Positions 23,174 to 30,800 of a stretch of DNA of 43,538 nucleotides are shown piece by piece. This DNA is from Spirochaetales bacterium (GTDB lineage Bacteria; Spirochaetota; Spirochaetia; JABEVK01): contig JBAXAI010000031.1 in NCBI GenBank assembly GCA_037142615.1, forward strand, positions 1-43,538, read 5' to 3'. The notes beneath the pieces were generated by a model. It did no database searches. It was not told the DNA's origin and saw only the letters and a program-made list of their open reading frames with translations. The first letter of the stretch is position 1. Each line of letters starts with the position of its first letter. The position numbers and the translations under genes are program-made.

Positions 23174-24108
23174 CTAGGTAGATGGCGCGGGTTCCAGCAG
23201 CACGGGGTCTACTTTGGCCATTCTCGCTGCCTCCTGGACTGAAAACCCTTCGGCAATCAGGTCGAGGGCCACTTCGACACGGCCCTCGACGCGACCCTCG
23301 ACACGGCCTTCTTCCCGACCTTCTTCCTTTCCTTCCGCCAAACCTTCTTGGCGCGCGTCGTAGCGGGCCTGATTCTGGTCGAGTTGCCACTTCCAGTGGG
23401 ACTCCCAGCGGGCCTTGGCATCGGCGTCCGAGGCAAAATAGTGGTAGCGGTCGTGGGCTTTCTGCAGGTCGTCGTCTTGGTGCAAGAGCACCTTCATGTC
23501 GAAACCCTCCTCGCCTTCGTGTTTCAGAAAGGCCATCCAGCGTTCGAGTTGCGGTCGGGAACCGATTCCGCCGCCAGTTTTGGCAGTTCCAGGTAGTGCA
23601 CCGTCAGGTGTTCGGACAGTCGCAGGTCAGGGTGCTGGTCGTGGGTCAAGTGAAACGTGTTGACCGGTCGAGGAATCTCGGGAAAAAGCACAAAGTTCAC
23701 GATGTTCACACCGACCACCGGTGTCAGCCTGGTGTACTGGTCTCCCGAGTCAATCTGGCCGGCGTAGACTCGTGCCCAATAGTAGAGCGTTCGTTCCTCG
23801 AAACCGGGATGGTTGCTCGCCTGCACCTCGACGTTGAGCTTAAGGCCCTTCTCGTCTTCGGCCAGCACATCCAGCACGGCGAGTTTGTCATCGTACGCGC
23901 GCTGAAGCAAGAAGGGGTTGCGCACCTTGACCGACCGCAACGGCTCGCGACCCTGGTAGTCCTGAAGAGCATTGAGAAACGACAGCAAATATTCGTTGTT
24001 CTCCTCGGCTCCGAAAAGCCACCGGATAAACAGGTCGGAATACCCCTTGATCCTCATGGGACGAGGGTAATTCCGGGACCGCTGGGGGTCAAGTGGGGAC
24101 TTAGGCAT
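23174..24108 (-). pseudogene. Rpn family recombination-promoting nuclease / PD-(D/E)XK putative transposase, split by a frameshift near 23545-23570
   Basis: SDLFIRWLFG, LDVLAED..NVEVQ, RTLYYWARVY, HYLELPK in one frame, then LERWMAFLK and the (R/K)EEG repeats in another; AGGAG RBS before ATG 24108. Could be a sequencing error. Confidence 0.8.
23275..23345 (-). repeat. 12-bp coding tandem repeats (EG-x-x) at the Rpn C-terminus
   Basis: EGLAEGKEEGREEGRVEGRVEGRVE; bounds approximate. Confidence 0.7.
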
Positions 24109-24183
24109 CAGGTGCTCCTGACGGTCAGACGGAGGTTGAGGCGAATCCGCTTGAGGAACGGCGGTCGCGTCACGGGAAAATTG

Positions 24184-24212
24184 TTGACAGATTAAGTAAG
24201 GCTTCGTAGGCT
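24184..24212 (+). promoter_or_regulatory. Sigma70-type promoter of lipoprotein cassette 1
   Basis: TTGACA (24184-89) - 17 bp - TAGGCT (24207-12); GGAG RBS 7 nt before GTG 24236. Confidence 0.72.
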
Positions 24213-24235
24213 GGAGGCCCCACTGGAGTAAAGTT

Positions 24236-24961
24236 GTGAAGATCCTATCGTTGAGTGCGTTGGCCGCGCTTGCTTTTCTGGCGGCGTGCACGTTGCCCCT
24301 CACCCCCCGAGCCGTCAGCGTTCAATTGGTTGTTGGCCAGGGAGCGCGGTACCTTTCGCCCGATCGAGATCGGCTCGAACTGGTTGGGGTTGGGCCTGAC
24401 GGTGCGGTGCTGGAACCGGTTCCGCTGGCCGAAGGCGAAAACAACGTCAGCGGCTTCGTCCTGGGCACCTGGACGCTCGAAGTGCGTGAGTACGATGCCG
24501 CCGACTCCTTGATCGGGCGAGGAATGGCCGTGACCGAGCTCGACTGGGGTACCAACGACGTTATCATCACCCTTGGCAGCCCGACCCAGCTGGAAATCAA
24601 GGGAGCCAACTTGTTATATCCGGAAGGCGGAGAGGTCATAGTCGCCGGGAATGTGTATGGCTCGACTGACTTAACTACTCCGCTCACTTCACCCGATTGC
24701 GTCCTTACAGATGGGCTACTACGGCCGTACCAAATACCCGGCTACGTGATTCAAGTCGAGGCAGCCACGGGGACCGACCTGAGCTACGCTTGGGTTCTCG
24801 ACGGCGAGCTCTTGACAGGCCAGACCGGGTCAATCTGTTCGCTAACCATGGGCTCTGGCTTCAGCGCTGGCGAACACCACCTCGTTTGCCTGCTCGCTGA
24901 CGGCAGTGGCTTGGTTTACTCGCAAGAAATCGTGATTCTCTCGATGGAGCAGCCCCAATGA
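24236..24961 (+). CDS. Lipoprotein A1 (short class: conserved N-terminal beta-sandwich + C-terminal Ig/PKD-like domain)
   Basis: Lipobox LAAC; GARYLSP; GPDG..GTWTLEV..YD; YAWVLDG..VYSQE, shared with A2 and A3. Confidence 0.8.
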   Translation: MKILSLSALAALAFLAACTLPLTPRAVSVQLVVGQGARYLSPDRDRLELVGVGPDGAVLEPVPLAEGENNVSGFVLGTWTLEVREYDAADSLIGRGMAVTELDWGTNDVIITLGSPTQLEIKGANLLYPEGGEVIVAGNVYGSTDLTTPLTSPDCVLTDGLLRPYQIPGYVIQVEAATGTDLSYAWVLDGELLTGQTGSICSLTMGSGFSAGEHHLVCLLADGSGLVYSQEIVILSMEQPQ

Positions 24962-27081
24962 CCTTCCTGAAATTCTGTACCGCCATGGTGGTTATCTCCA
25001 CGCTGGCCATCAGTTGTATCCTACCTCTCACATCGCCCTCGGCTGCCCAGGCAAAGGGGACGTTGGTCCTCCAGATCGAGGGCCTGAACTCAGCACGAAC
25101 CCTGGCGCCCAATCTGGGCAGCATCATCAACCACGTTACCGCCGAGTTCACCCCGACCGAAGGAAACACGGTCACGGCCAACTTCACCCGAGACCAGGGC
25201 AACGTTCCATTTTCGGTCACCTTGGCACCGGGAACCGATTGGATCGGAACTTTTGAGGCGTTCGACGACGCCGAGGCCCTGCTCGCGCGTGCTTCGCTCG
25301 AAGTGAAGGGAAGCGAGTTGGGCGAGACGGTTCTCGAGAAGCCTGTGATTCTCGTGCCTTCAACCAGTGGTACCGGTTCGTTCGATGTCGCCTTTCAGTT
25401 TGCGACGGGCGCCACTACCTTTGAGCTGACGTTTACCCGCTACCCCGACACCACCCCCACGTCGGCGAACGTCTACGCCGGTCTGCTGGCGGCGAGCTCT
25501 GCGACCACTCTTGTCGATCAGAAGGACCTCACTAGCGGTACCTACACCCTCGATCCGGCCACGGGCAAGGCTCGCGTCCAGGGTTCGCTCACCAGTGGAA
25601 ACTACGTGATCTCGCTGAAGGTCGATTCGGTGGTGTTTTCTAGTCTGTTGGCCGTTTACGACAATTTGTCTTCGACCGGCACGGTATCGAACCCGGTGCG
25701 GCATGTGTACTTCAACGGAGGCGTGGGTACCGGTTCCATTGCCGAGTTAGCGATACCGTACCTCGCCTCTGCAGTCCTTCCAGCCAACACGTTTTCTCGA
25801 CCGGGGTGGTCAGGAGAATGGACGGATTCCTCCACGCTGGTCGGTGGGAACACCTTTACTGGTGGTGACCAGTTTCAGATGACTTCGTCAACCGACGTGA
25901 CTCTTTATGCCGACTGGCAGGCAACGATCACCTTTGACCCTGGAAACGGTACGGGCCCCCAGTCGTCGCAGATCATCGGAGATGGGGACACCGTGCCGTT
26001 GACAACAATGAGCGGCCTGAGCCGCGTGGGATATAACTTTCTACGCTGGAACACCGCGTCTGATGGAACCGGCACTCCCTTTGAAGACGGAGCATCCTTC
26101 ACACCAGGTTCTGAGGGGAGCTTGACGCTCTATGCCCAATGGACTCTGGTCTACACGTTCACAAATGCCGGCGCGACGGGGCGTTATGGACCTACGCAAT
26201 CTCAAGTGACCAGTGCCTACTCGAGTACACCGCTCGCCGGAGAAGTGACGTCTACCACGAACAACGGGACCCCCGGAATCCAGAAATGGGTGGTTCCTAC
26301 GACGGGTACCTACCGCATCGAGGGTTACGGCGCACAGGGGGCGGTTTTCGACGCAACTTATGGGCGGGGAGCCCTCATGATGGGAGACTTTGCTCTGACT
26401 CAAGGTGACACACTGTGGATTCTCGTGGGACAGGAAGGCTCAGCGAATGGTCTAGAGTCGTATGGCCATGGCGGCGGTGGCGGCGGTACCTTTGTGGCTA
26501 TTGGCTCGGGCACGCTATCGACGACCACGCCACTTCTCGCTGCAGGTGGTGGGGGGGCTGCCGGCGACTATGGTGGCGATCAGTCAGCATCCAACGGCTC
26601 TGTAGCAACTGCCGGAAACAGCGGTCAAAACAATCCCCTAATGGTGCAGTCGGTCGGGCCGCCAATTGTCTACTACCCCTACAATGCGGCAAACAACGCT
26701 GGAGGAACCAGTGGTGGCGCTGGAGCAACCGGTGGACTCGGTTTCGACGACAACTCGGCGTCAGGACTCGATGCCGCTTCTGGCTGGTCGGGAAGTGGTT
26801 CATCATCACAGTCCTTCCTCAGTGGCGGCGCGGGTACCCTCTCTTACGGTTCTGGCGCAAATGGTGACGGTGGTTTTGGTGGTGGCGGTGGCTTAACAGT
26901 CTCGCCCTTCTACTCGTCAGCGGCGGGAGGGGGGGGGTATTCAGGCGGTGGTGGGTCTGACACCGTCAATGGCTCGACGCCGTACGGCGGCGGTGGTGGT
27001 TCGTACAATGCAGGTACCAACCAGTCCAACACGGCCGGGGCAAATGCGGGCATGGGCAAGGTGGTGATTTTCCTGAAGTAG
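24958..27081 (+). CDS. Lipoprotein B1: conserved N-terminal domains, 2 InlB-B (Listeria-Bacteroides) repeats, C-terminal ALK/LTK-like glycine-rich domain
   Basis: Lipobox AISC; SARTLAP; WNTASDGTG..LTLYAQW; FTNAGATGRYGPT, IQKWVVP..YRIEGYGAQG, LVGQEG, poly-Gly tracts; ATGA overlap with A1. Confidence 0.82.
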   Translation: MTFLKFCTAMVVISTLAISCILPLTSPSAAQAKGTLVLQIEGLNSARTLAPNLGSIINHVTAEFTPTEGNTVTANFTRDQGNVPFSVTLAPGTDWIGTFEAFDDAEALLARASLEVKGSELGETVLEKPVILVPSTSGTGSFDVAFQFATGATTFELTFTRYPDTTPTSANVYAGLLAASSATTLVDQKDLTSGTYTLDPATGKARVQGSLTSGNYVISLKVDSVVFSSLLAVYDNLSSTGTVSNPVRHVYFNGGVGTGSIAELAIPYLASAVLPANTFSRPGWSGEWTDSSTLVGGNTFTGGDQFQMTSSTDVTLYADWQATITFDPGNGTGPQSSQIIGDGDTVPLTTMSGLSRVGYNFLRWNTASDGTGTPFEDGASFTPGSEGSLTLYAQWTLVYTFTNAGATGRYGPTQSQVTSAYSSTPLAGEVTSTTNNGTPGIQKWVVPTTGTYRIEGYGAQGAVFDATYGRGALMMGDFALTQGDTLWILVGQEGSANGLESYGHGGGGGGTFVAIGSGTLSTTTPLLAAGGGGAAGDYGGDQSASNGSVATAGNSGQNNPLMVQSVGPPIVYYPYNAANNAGGTSGGAGATGGLGFDDNSASGLDAASGWSGSGSSSQSFLSGGAGTLSYGSGANGDGGFGGGGGLTVSPFYSSAAGGGGYSGGGGSDTVNGSTPYGGGGGSYNAGTNQSNTAGANAGMGKVVIFLK

Positions 27082-27212
27082 GTCGCCCACATTCTGGGTA
27101 CCAGCGACGCTGGACAGCCTCTGGGCTGGCCAATTGGTCGCTCTGTGAGTTGGTAGTCGCGAACCTTGCGCTCGCCTGACGCAGGGGGCTGAGGTTGGGC
27201 TATAACAGAAGG

Positions 27213-28961
27213 ATGAATGCACCGCTTTGGCTGGCTTTGGAACACAAACGGATTGCCCTGGGCGAGTCCGATCGCGTCTTTCTCCTTCGGACGGGGAAAA
27301 CCGTGGACCTGGATCCTACCGAGGCTGATGTGCTGGGCGCGCTGGCAACGGCCTGTACGCTTGAGCGACTGAGCGAGCGGCTCGTCGGTCAGGGCTGGGA
27401 GAAACCCGCCACCAGCGACCTTCAGGAAGTCCTCAACGCGTTGCAGGTCTTGGGCCTCGTGGTGCAGCCGGCGGAGGCCCTTGCGGTGCTGGTCCCGACA
27501 TCCGGCGGAAAGGACCGGTCGCCGGGTCTGGCAGCACTTTCGTGGCTGACCTGCGACCGACCGGCCCAACTCCAGGAAACGCTCGAGGCGTGGGCCGCCC
27601 AGGTGAAGGCTTCCGGAATGGAACCGCCGGAGTTCGTGATCAGCAACGACTCCCGCCAGGACGAGCGGGCAACACAACAAGTGGTCGAGAAGTTTGCGCT
27701 GTCTTATCCAGGACGCACACGGCATCTTGACCGCGAGTGGCGGAGACAACTGGTGGAACGCTTCCCGACGAGGCTTCAATCGTCTGTGAAGTTCGCCCTC
27801 GGTTTGTCTGACTTCGGGGTGGCCGAGCTTCCCTCGTATGGTGCGGCTTCAAACGCACTCCTCCTGGCGCTGGCGGGGCGCCAATTCACCTTGGGAGACG
27901 ATGACGTGCTGCCCCAGTTTCGTACCCGCAGGGATGCACACAGCGGACTCGCCTTCCAGTCACAGCTCGACAGCGCACGCATTCTACCGTTGGCAGGGCC
28001 GAGCGATGCGGTAGCCATAAGCCTCGCGAGCTCCCGGGCGCCGTTTGGTCCGCACGCAAGATACTTAGGTCGCGCGGTACCCAGCCTGTTGGCCGAAGAA
28101 GGTTTCGACGTCGAAGGCCTGTCTTCCCGCGACCTCGCCGGTGCATCCCTACCCCATGCGCGGGTGGCGGCCGTCATGTTCCACTATTGGGGTGACAGCG
28201 GGCTTAGCGATCACCGATTTCTCCTCCAACACCGCGAACTTGTGGATCCAACCACTTACCTTCCGCAGGAGTATCCCAAACTTCGCCAGACCCGTCAGGT
28301 CTTCCGTGCGCCGTTGGTCGACACGCTCGGCGGGCATACGGTATTGGGTGGACACTTGGCAATCGATGGAACGCAGTTGGTACCACCCTTTGCGCCGTAC
28401 GGCAGGAACCAGGACGGACTGTGGTCGGGGTTGCTGAGGTTCCTGCAGCCAGAGAGTTTCGTACTCAACCCGCGAGAAGCGATCCTGCATGCCCCACGGA
28501 GCGAGAGGAGCCTGACCGAACCTGGACACATAGAGGTCCTTCCCCGCATCAATGATGTCCTACTGGCCCTCCTGGCGCAACTTTCGGCCTCTGAGTCGAA
28601 CTTGGGGGTGAGCTACGCTCTGGCAGGGGCGTACCTAGAACACTGGGGCAACCGAAGCCCCGGGATAGTGCAAGCGTCCGTGGGTGAGTTGCACGCGCGC
28701 ACGACTTTGGCGCTGCACACAAGGCTCGAGGAACAGTTGGAGACTTACGGCGCCAAGCCCAAGCCTTGGGCAGAAGATGTGCATCGCGCCCTGGAACACC
28801 TGGAACGACAGCTGAGGTCAGCTCTGCCGTACTCCCCACAAGAGTTTCCCAGCTCGACCCAAGCCATCGGTACCTACGTCAGCAACTTCGGCAAGCTACT
28901 AGCGGTGTGGCCCGAGGTTTGGCAGGTAGCGGAAGCTAAAGGGGTTTGGTACCCTGCGTGA
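27213..28961 (+). CDS. Hypothetical protein: N-terminal PqqD/RRE-like winged helix fused to a GT-A-fold (DxD) glycosyltransferase-like domain
   Basis: N-terminal 3 strand + 3 helix pattern ending LNALQVLGLV; LTCDRPAQL..VISNDS..YGAASNALL..LGDDDV; GRNQDGLW; no signal peptide. Confidence 0.55.
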   Translation: MNAPLWLALEHKRIALGESDRVFLLRTGKTVDLDPTEADVLGALATACTLERLSERLVGQGWEKPATSDLQEVLNALQVLGLVVQPAEALAVLVPTSGGKDRSPGLAALSWLTCDRPAQLQETLEAWAAQVKASGMEPPEFVISNDSRQDERATQQVVEKFALSYPGRTRHLDREWRRQLVERFPTRLQSSVKFALGLSDFGVAELPSYGAASNALLLALAGRQFTLGDDDVLPQFRTRRDAHSGLAFQSQLDSARILPLAGPSDAVAISLASSRAPFGPHARYLGRAVPSLLAEEGFDVEGLSSRDLAGASLPHARVAAVMFHYWGDSGLSDHRFLLQHRELVDPTTYLPQEYPKLRQTRQVFRAPLVDTLGGHTVLGGHLAIDGTQLVPPFAPYGRNQDGLWSGLLRFLQPESFVLNPREAILHAPRSERSLTEPGHIEVLPRINDVLLALLAQLSASESNLGVSYALAGAYLEHWGNRSPGIVQASVGELHARTTLALHTRLEEQLETYGAKPKPWAEDVHRALEHLERQLRSALPYSPQEFPSSTQAIGTYVSNFGKLLAVWPEVWQVAEAKGVWYPA

Positions 28962-30048
28962 CGGTGATTGTGTAATTGCCACCGGCACCGTAGATGTTCT
29001 GGTCGTTGATCCAAAGGTAGTAGGTCCCGGCTTCCAAGTGCTGATTATAGATACCAAAGGAGCCAAAGTTCTGACCAGCACGATTATGCTCCGCAATCAC
29101 GACACCGTCGGCATCATAGACTAGGACTCCGGGGTAGTCGCCCATGAAGCTACCGCCGGATGAAATGCTGTAATCGTCACTTTGGGTAGCAGTGAACTTA
29201 TAGTAGCTGGACGCTCCCTTTGCAGGCAGGCTGGCCGCTACGGGTTGCGGCGAACCTTCTGGCGCGACCGCGATCTCCGTGGCTTGGTTGATGCCGTACA
29301 TCAAGCCTTGGTCCCGGATTTTCTTGGAGCTGACCAGCCCATCTGCGACCTGTACGATCTCGCTAGTGGTCTGCGGACTCGTCGAGATCCAGAACTCGTA
29401 GGTCCCGCTAGGCAATGTGACTCCTACGGTCGCCTGTTTGTGGGCGAAATCAGCGGAGTATTCCCAATGCTTAACCACCCAAGAACTCGTGGGATCGAAA
29501 GCACCGGTTGCGGGATCGGTGGTATAGAGAGGCAACACATCGTACTCATAGGCGGACGTTGCTCGCGCCAAAGACTTGGGTGGTGGAACGACAATTGGCC
29601 AAGGCAAAATAGTGATTTGCAGGGCCTCGCCATTGGCCGGATCTGCAACCCAGGCGATGTCGAGACTCACGGTGCCCGTGGCAACCTTGCCGGCCGAGAA
29701 GGCCACAGTGACAGAGTTGTCACCGGCAACCAGGGTGACGGACTGTTGCGCCTTGGCGACCTCTAGGTTCGCAGTATCAAAAGCAGTGGCATCCAAGTTC
29801 CAGGTTCCGGGCGACAGACCCAAAGTCTGATCTCCGGTCAAGCTATCGTAGGTAACGGCGGCACCTGACTCAGGAGTCAGAACGACCGAGTAGTGGTCGA
29901 TACTCAGCGACGGTAGCACCGTCCTTGCAGCGATTCCTGTGTGAATGTGCAGACTAGCCACGGTGGACGGCGCCTCCATTTGACAACTGGAAAGTGCCGA
30001 CAGCAGCAATAGGACTGCGAAAGGAACGATCATTTCTCGGACCTTCAT
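28936..30048 (-). CDS. Lipoprotein B3: conserved N-terminal domains + C-terminal PPC-like domain
   Basis: Lipobox LSSC; AARTVLP; GTWNLDATAFD; LPSGTY..EIVQVADG; YYKFTA..LEAGTYYL..GNYTITV; TGATG overlap with A3. Confidence 0.8.
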   Translation of the reverse strand: MKVREMIVPFAVLLLLSALSSCQMEAPSTVASLHIHTGIAARTVLPSLSIDHYSVVLTPESGAAVTYDSLTGDQTLGLSPGTWNLDATAFDTANLEVAKAQQSVTLVAGDNSVTVAFSAGKVATGTVSLDIAWVADPANGEALQITILPWPIVVPPPKSLARATSAYEYDVLPLYTTDPATGAFDPTSSWVVKHWEYSADFAHKQATVGVTLPSGTYEFWISTSPQTTSEIVQVADGLVSSKKIRDQGLMYGINQATEIAVAPEGSPQPVAASLPAKGASSYYKFTATQSDDYSISSGGSFMGDYPGVLVYDADGVVIAEHNRAGQNFGSFGIYNQHLEAGTYYLWINDQNIYGAGGNYTITVTQGTKPL

Positions 30049-30737
30049 CAGGAACCTCCCACTTCAATGAGAACTTCGTCGGAGTAGTAGTCTCCGTTCT
30101 TGCTGGCGACAATCTGGATCCGGTGGCGTCCGGATGAGTAGGCATTATAGGTGTACACATTAGGAGGCGCGGGTGTGGTCGGAGGGTACAAACCATCGAC
30201 AAACCACTGGTAGGTATCAAATCCGCTGGGGGCCGTCAGGACGACCGAACTGTTCATGAGCACAGAAAGGACATTATCAGGCGCTTCTGCCGGCGTCAGG
30301 GCCTGATCGGTTCCGGTCGCAACTGACACCGTTAAGTTCACATTGGTGAGCGTCGCGAGCGTGATGGTCACCGCATTCGCCTGCCCGGCTTCGAGCGTGG
30401 CATCCGCGCTGCCCGCCAGGATCTCGGTGCCAGCAGCATCGAAGCCGCTGACAACTATGGTCCAGTCGCCCGGCACCAGGTCGGTGACCGAGGCCTCCGC
30501 CGAATCGCTAGCGAGACTGGTTGGTCCAAAGGAGGCGCCATCGGGACCGTCGCCCTTGATGGACCAAGTGGACATCAGTGTCGGCAGCAACGTCTTGGCT
30601 GCAGTCGAACCCAGCCGAATCGAAAAGCCCGCCTTGTTGGAAAACGAACTAAGGGGCAACGTGCAAGCGGACAACAGAAGGACGGCAGCAGCGAACACCG
30701 AAGCTACCCCACCTCTCCATAACCGACGATTTTTCAC
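30048..30737 (-). CDS. Lipoprotein A3 (short class)
   Basis: GGAGGA RBS before GTG 30737; lipobox LSAC; AAKTLLP; GPDG..GDWTIVVSGFD; YQWFVDG..YYSDE. Confidence 0.8.
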   Translation of the reverse strand: MKNRRLWRGGVASVFAAAVLLLSACTLPLSSFSNKAGFSIRLGSTAAKTLLPTLMSTWSIKGDGPDGASFGPTSLASDSAEASVTDLVPGDWTIVVSGFDAAGTEILAGSADATLEAGQANAVTITLATLTNVNLTVSVATGTDQALTPAEAPDNVLSVLMNSSVVLTAPSGFDTYQWFVDGLYPPTTPAPPNVYTYNAYSSGRHRIQIVASKNGDYYSDEVLIEVGGS

Positions 30738-30760
30738 TGGGCAATCCTCCACTTTTCACT

Positions 30761-30789
30761 AATGTAGGATTGCCGAGTGGATTGGTCAA
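30761..30789 (-). promoter_or_regulatory. Sigma70-type promoter of lipoprotein cassette 3
   Basis: Minus strand TTGACC (30789-84) - 17 bp - TACATT (30766-61). Confidence 0.65.
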
Positions 30790-30800
30790 GGTTGAAGGTC

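Noticed and set aside
21248-23242. 664-aa plus-strand ORF and other long antisense ORFs (11401-12783, 3921-5225, 9415-10626, 35433-36578, 38137-39618)
   Set aside because: Shadow frames of well-supported genes in GC-rich DNA; no recognisable motifs
23174-24108. Rpn gene as an IS element
   Set aside because: No terminal inverted repeats or target duplication seen; Rpn proteins are not established transposases despite the annotation name
27082-27212. Possible RiPP precursor or structured RNA upstream of the RRE-like gene
   Set aside because: No ORF with RBS and credible peptide; only short GC hairpins, with no recognisable riboswitch or terminator
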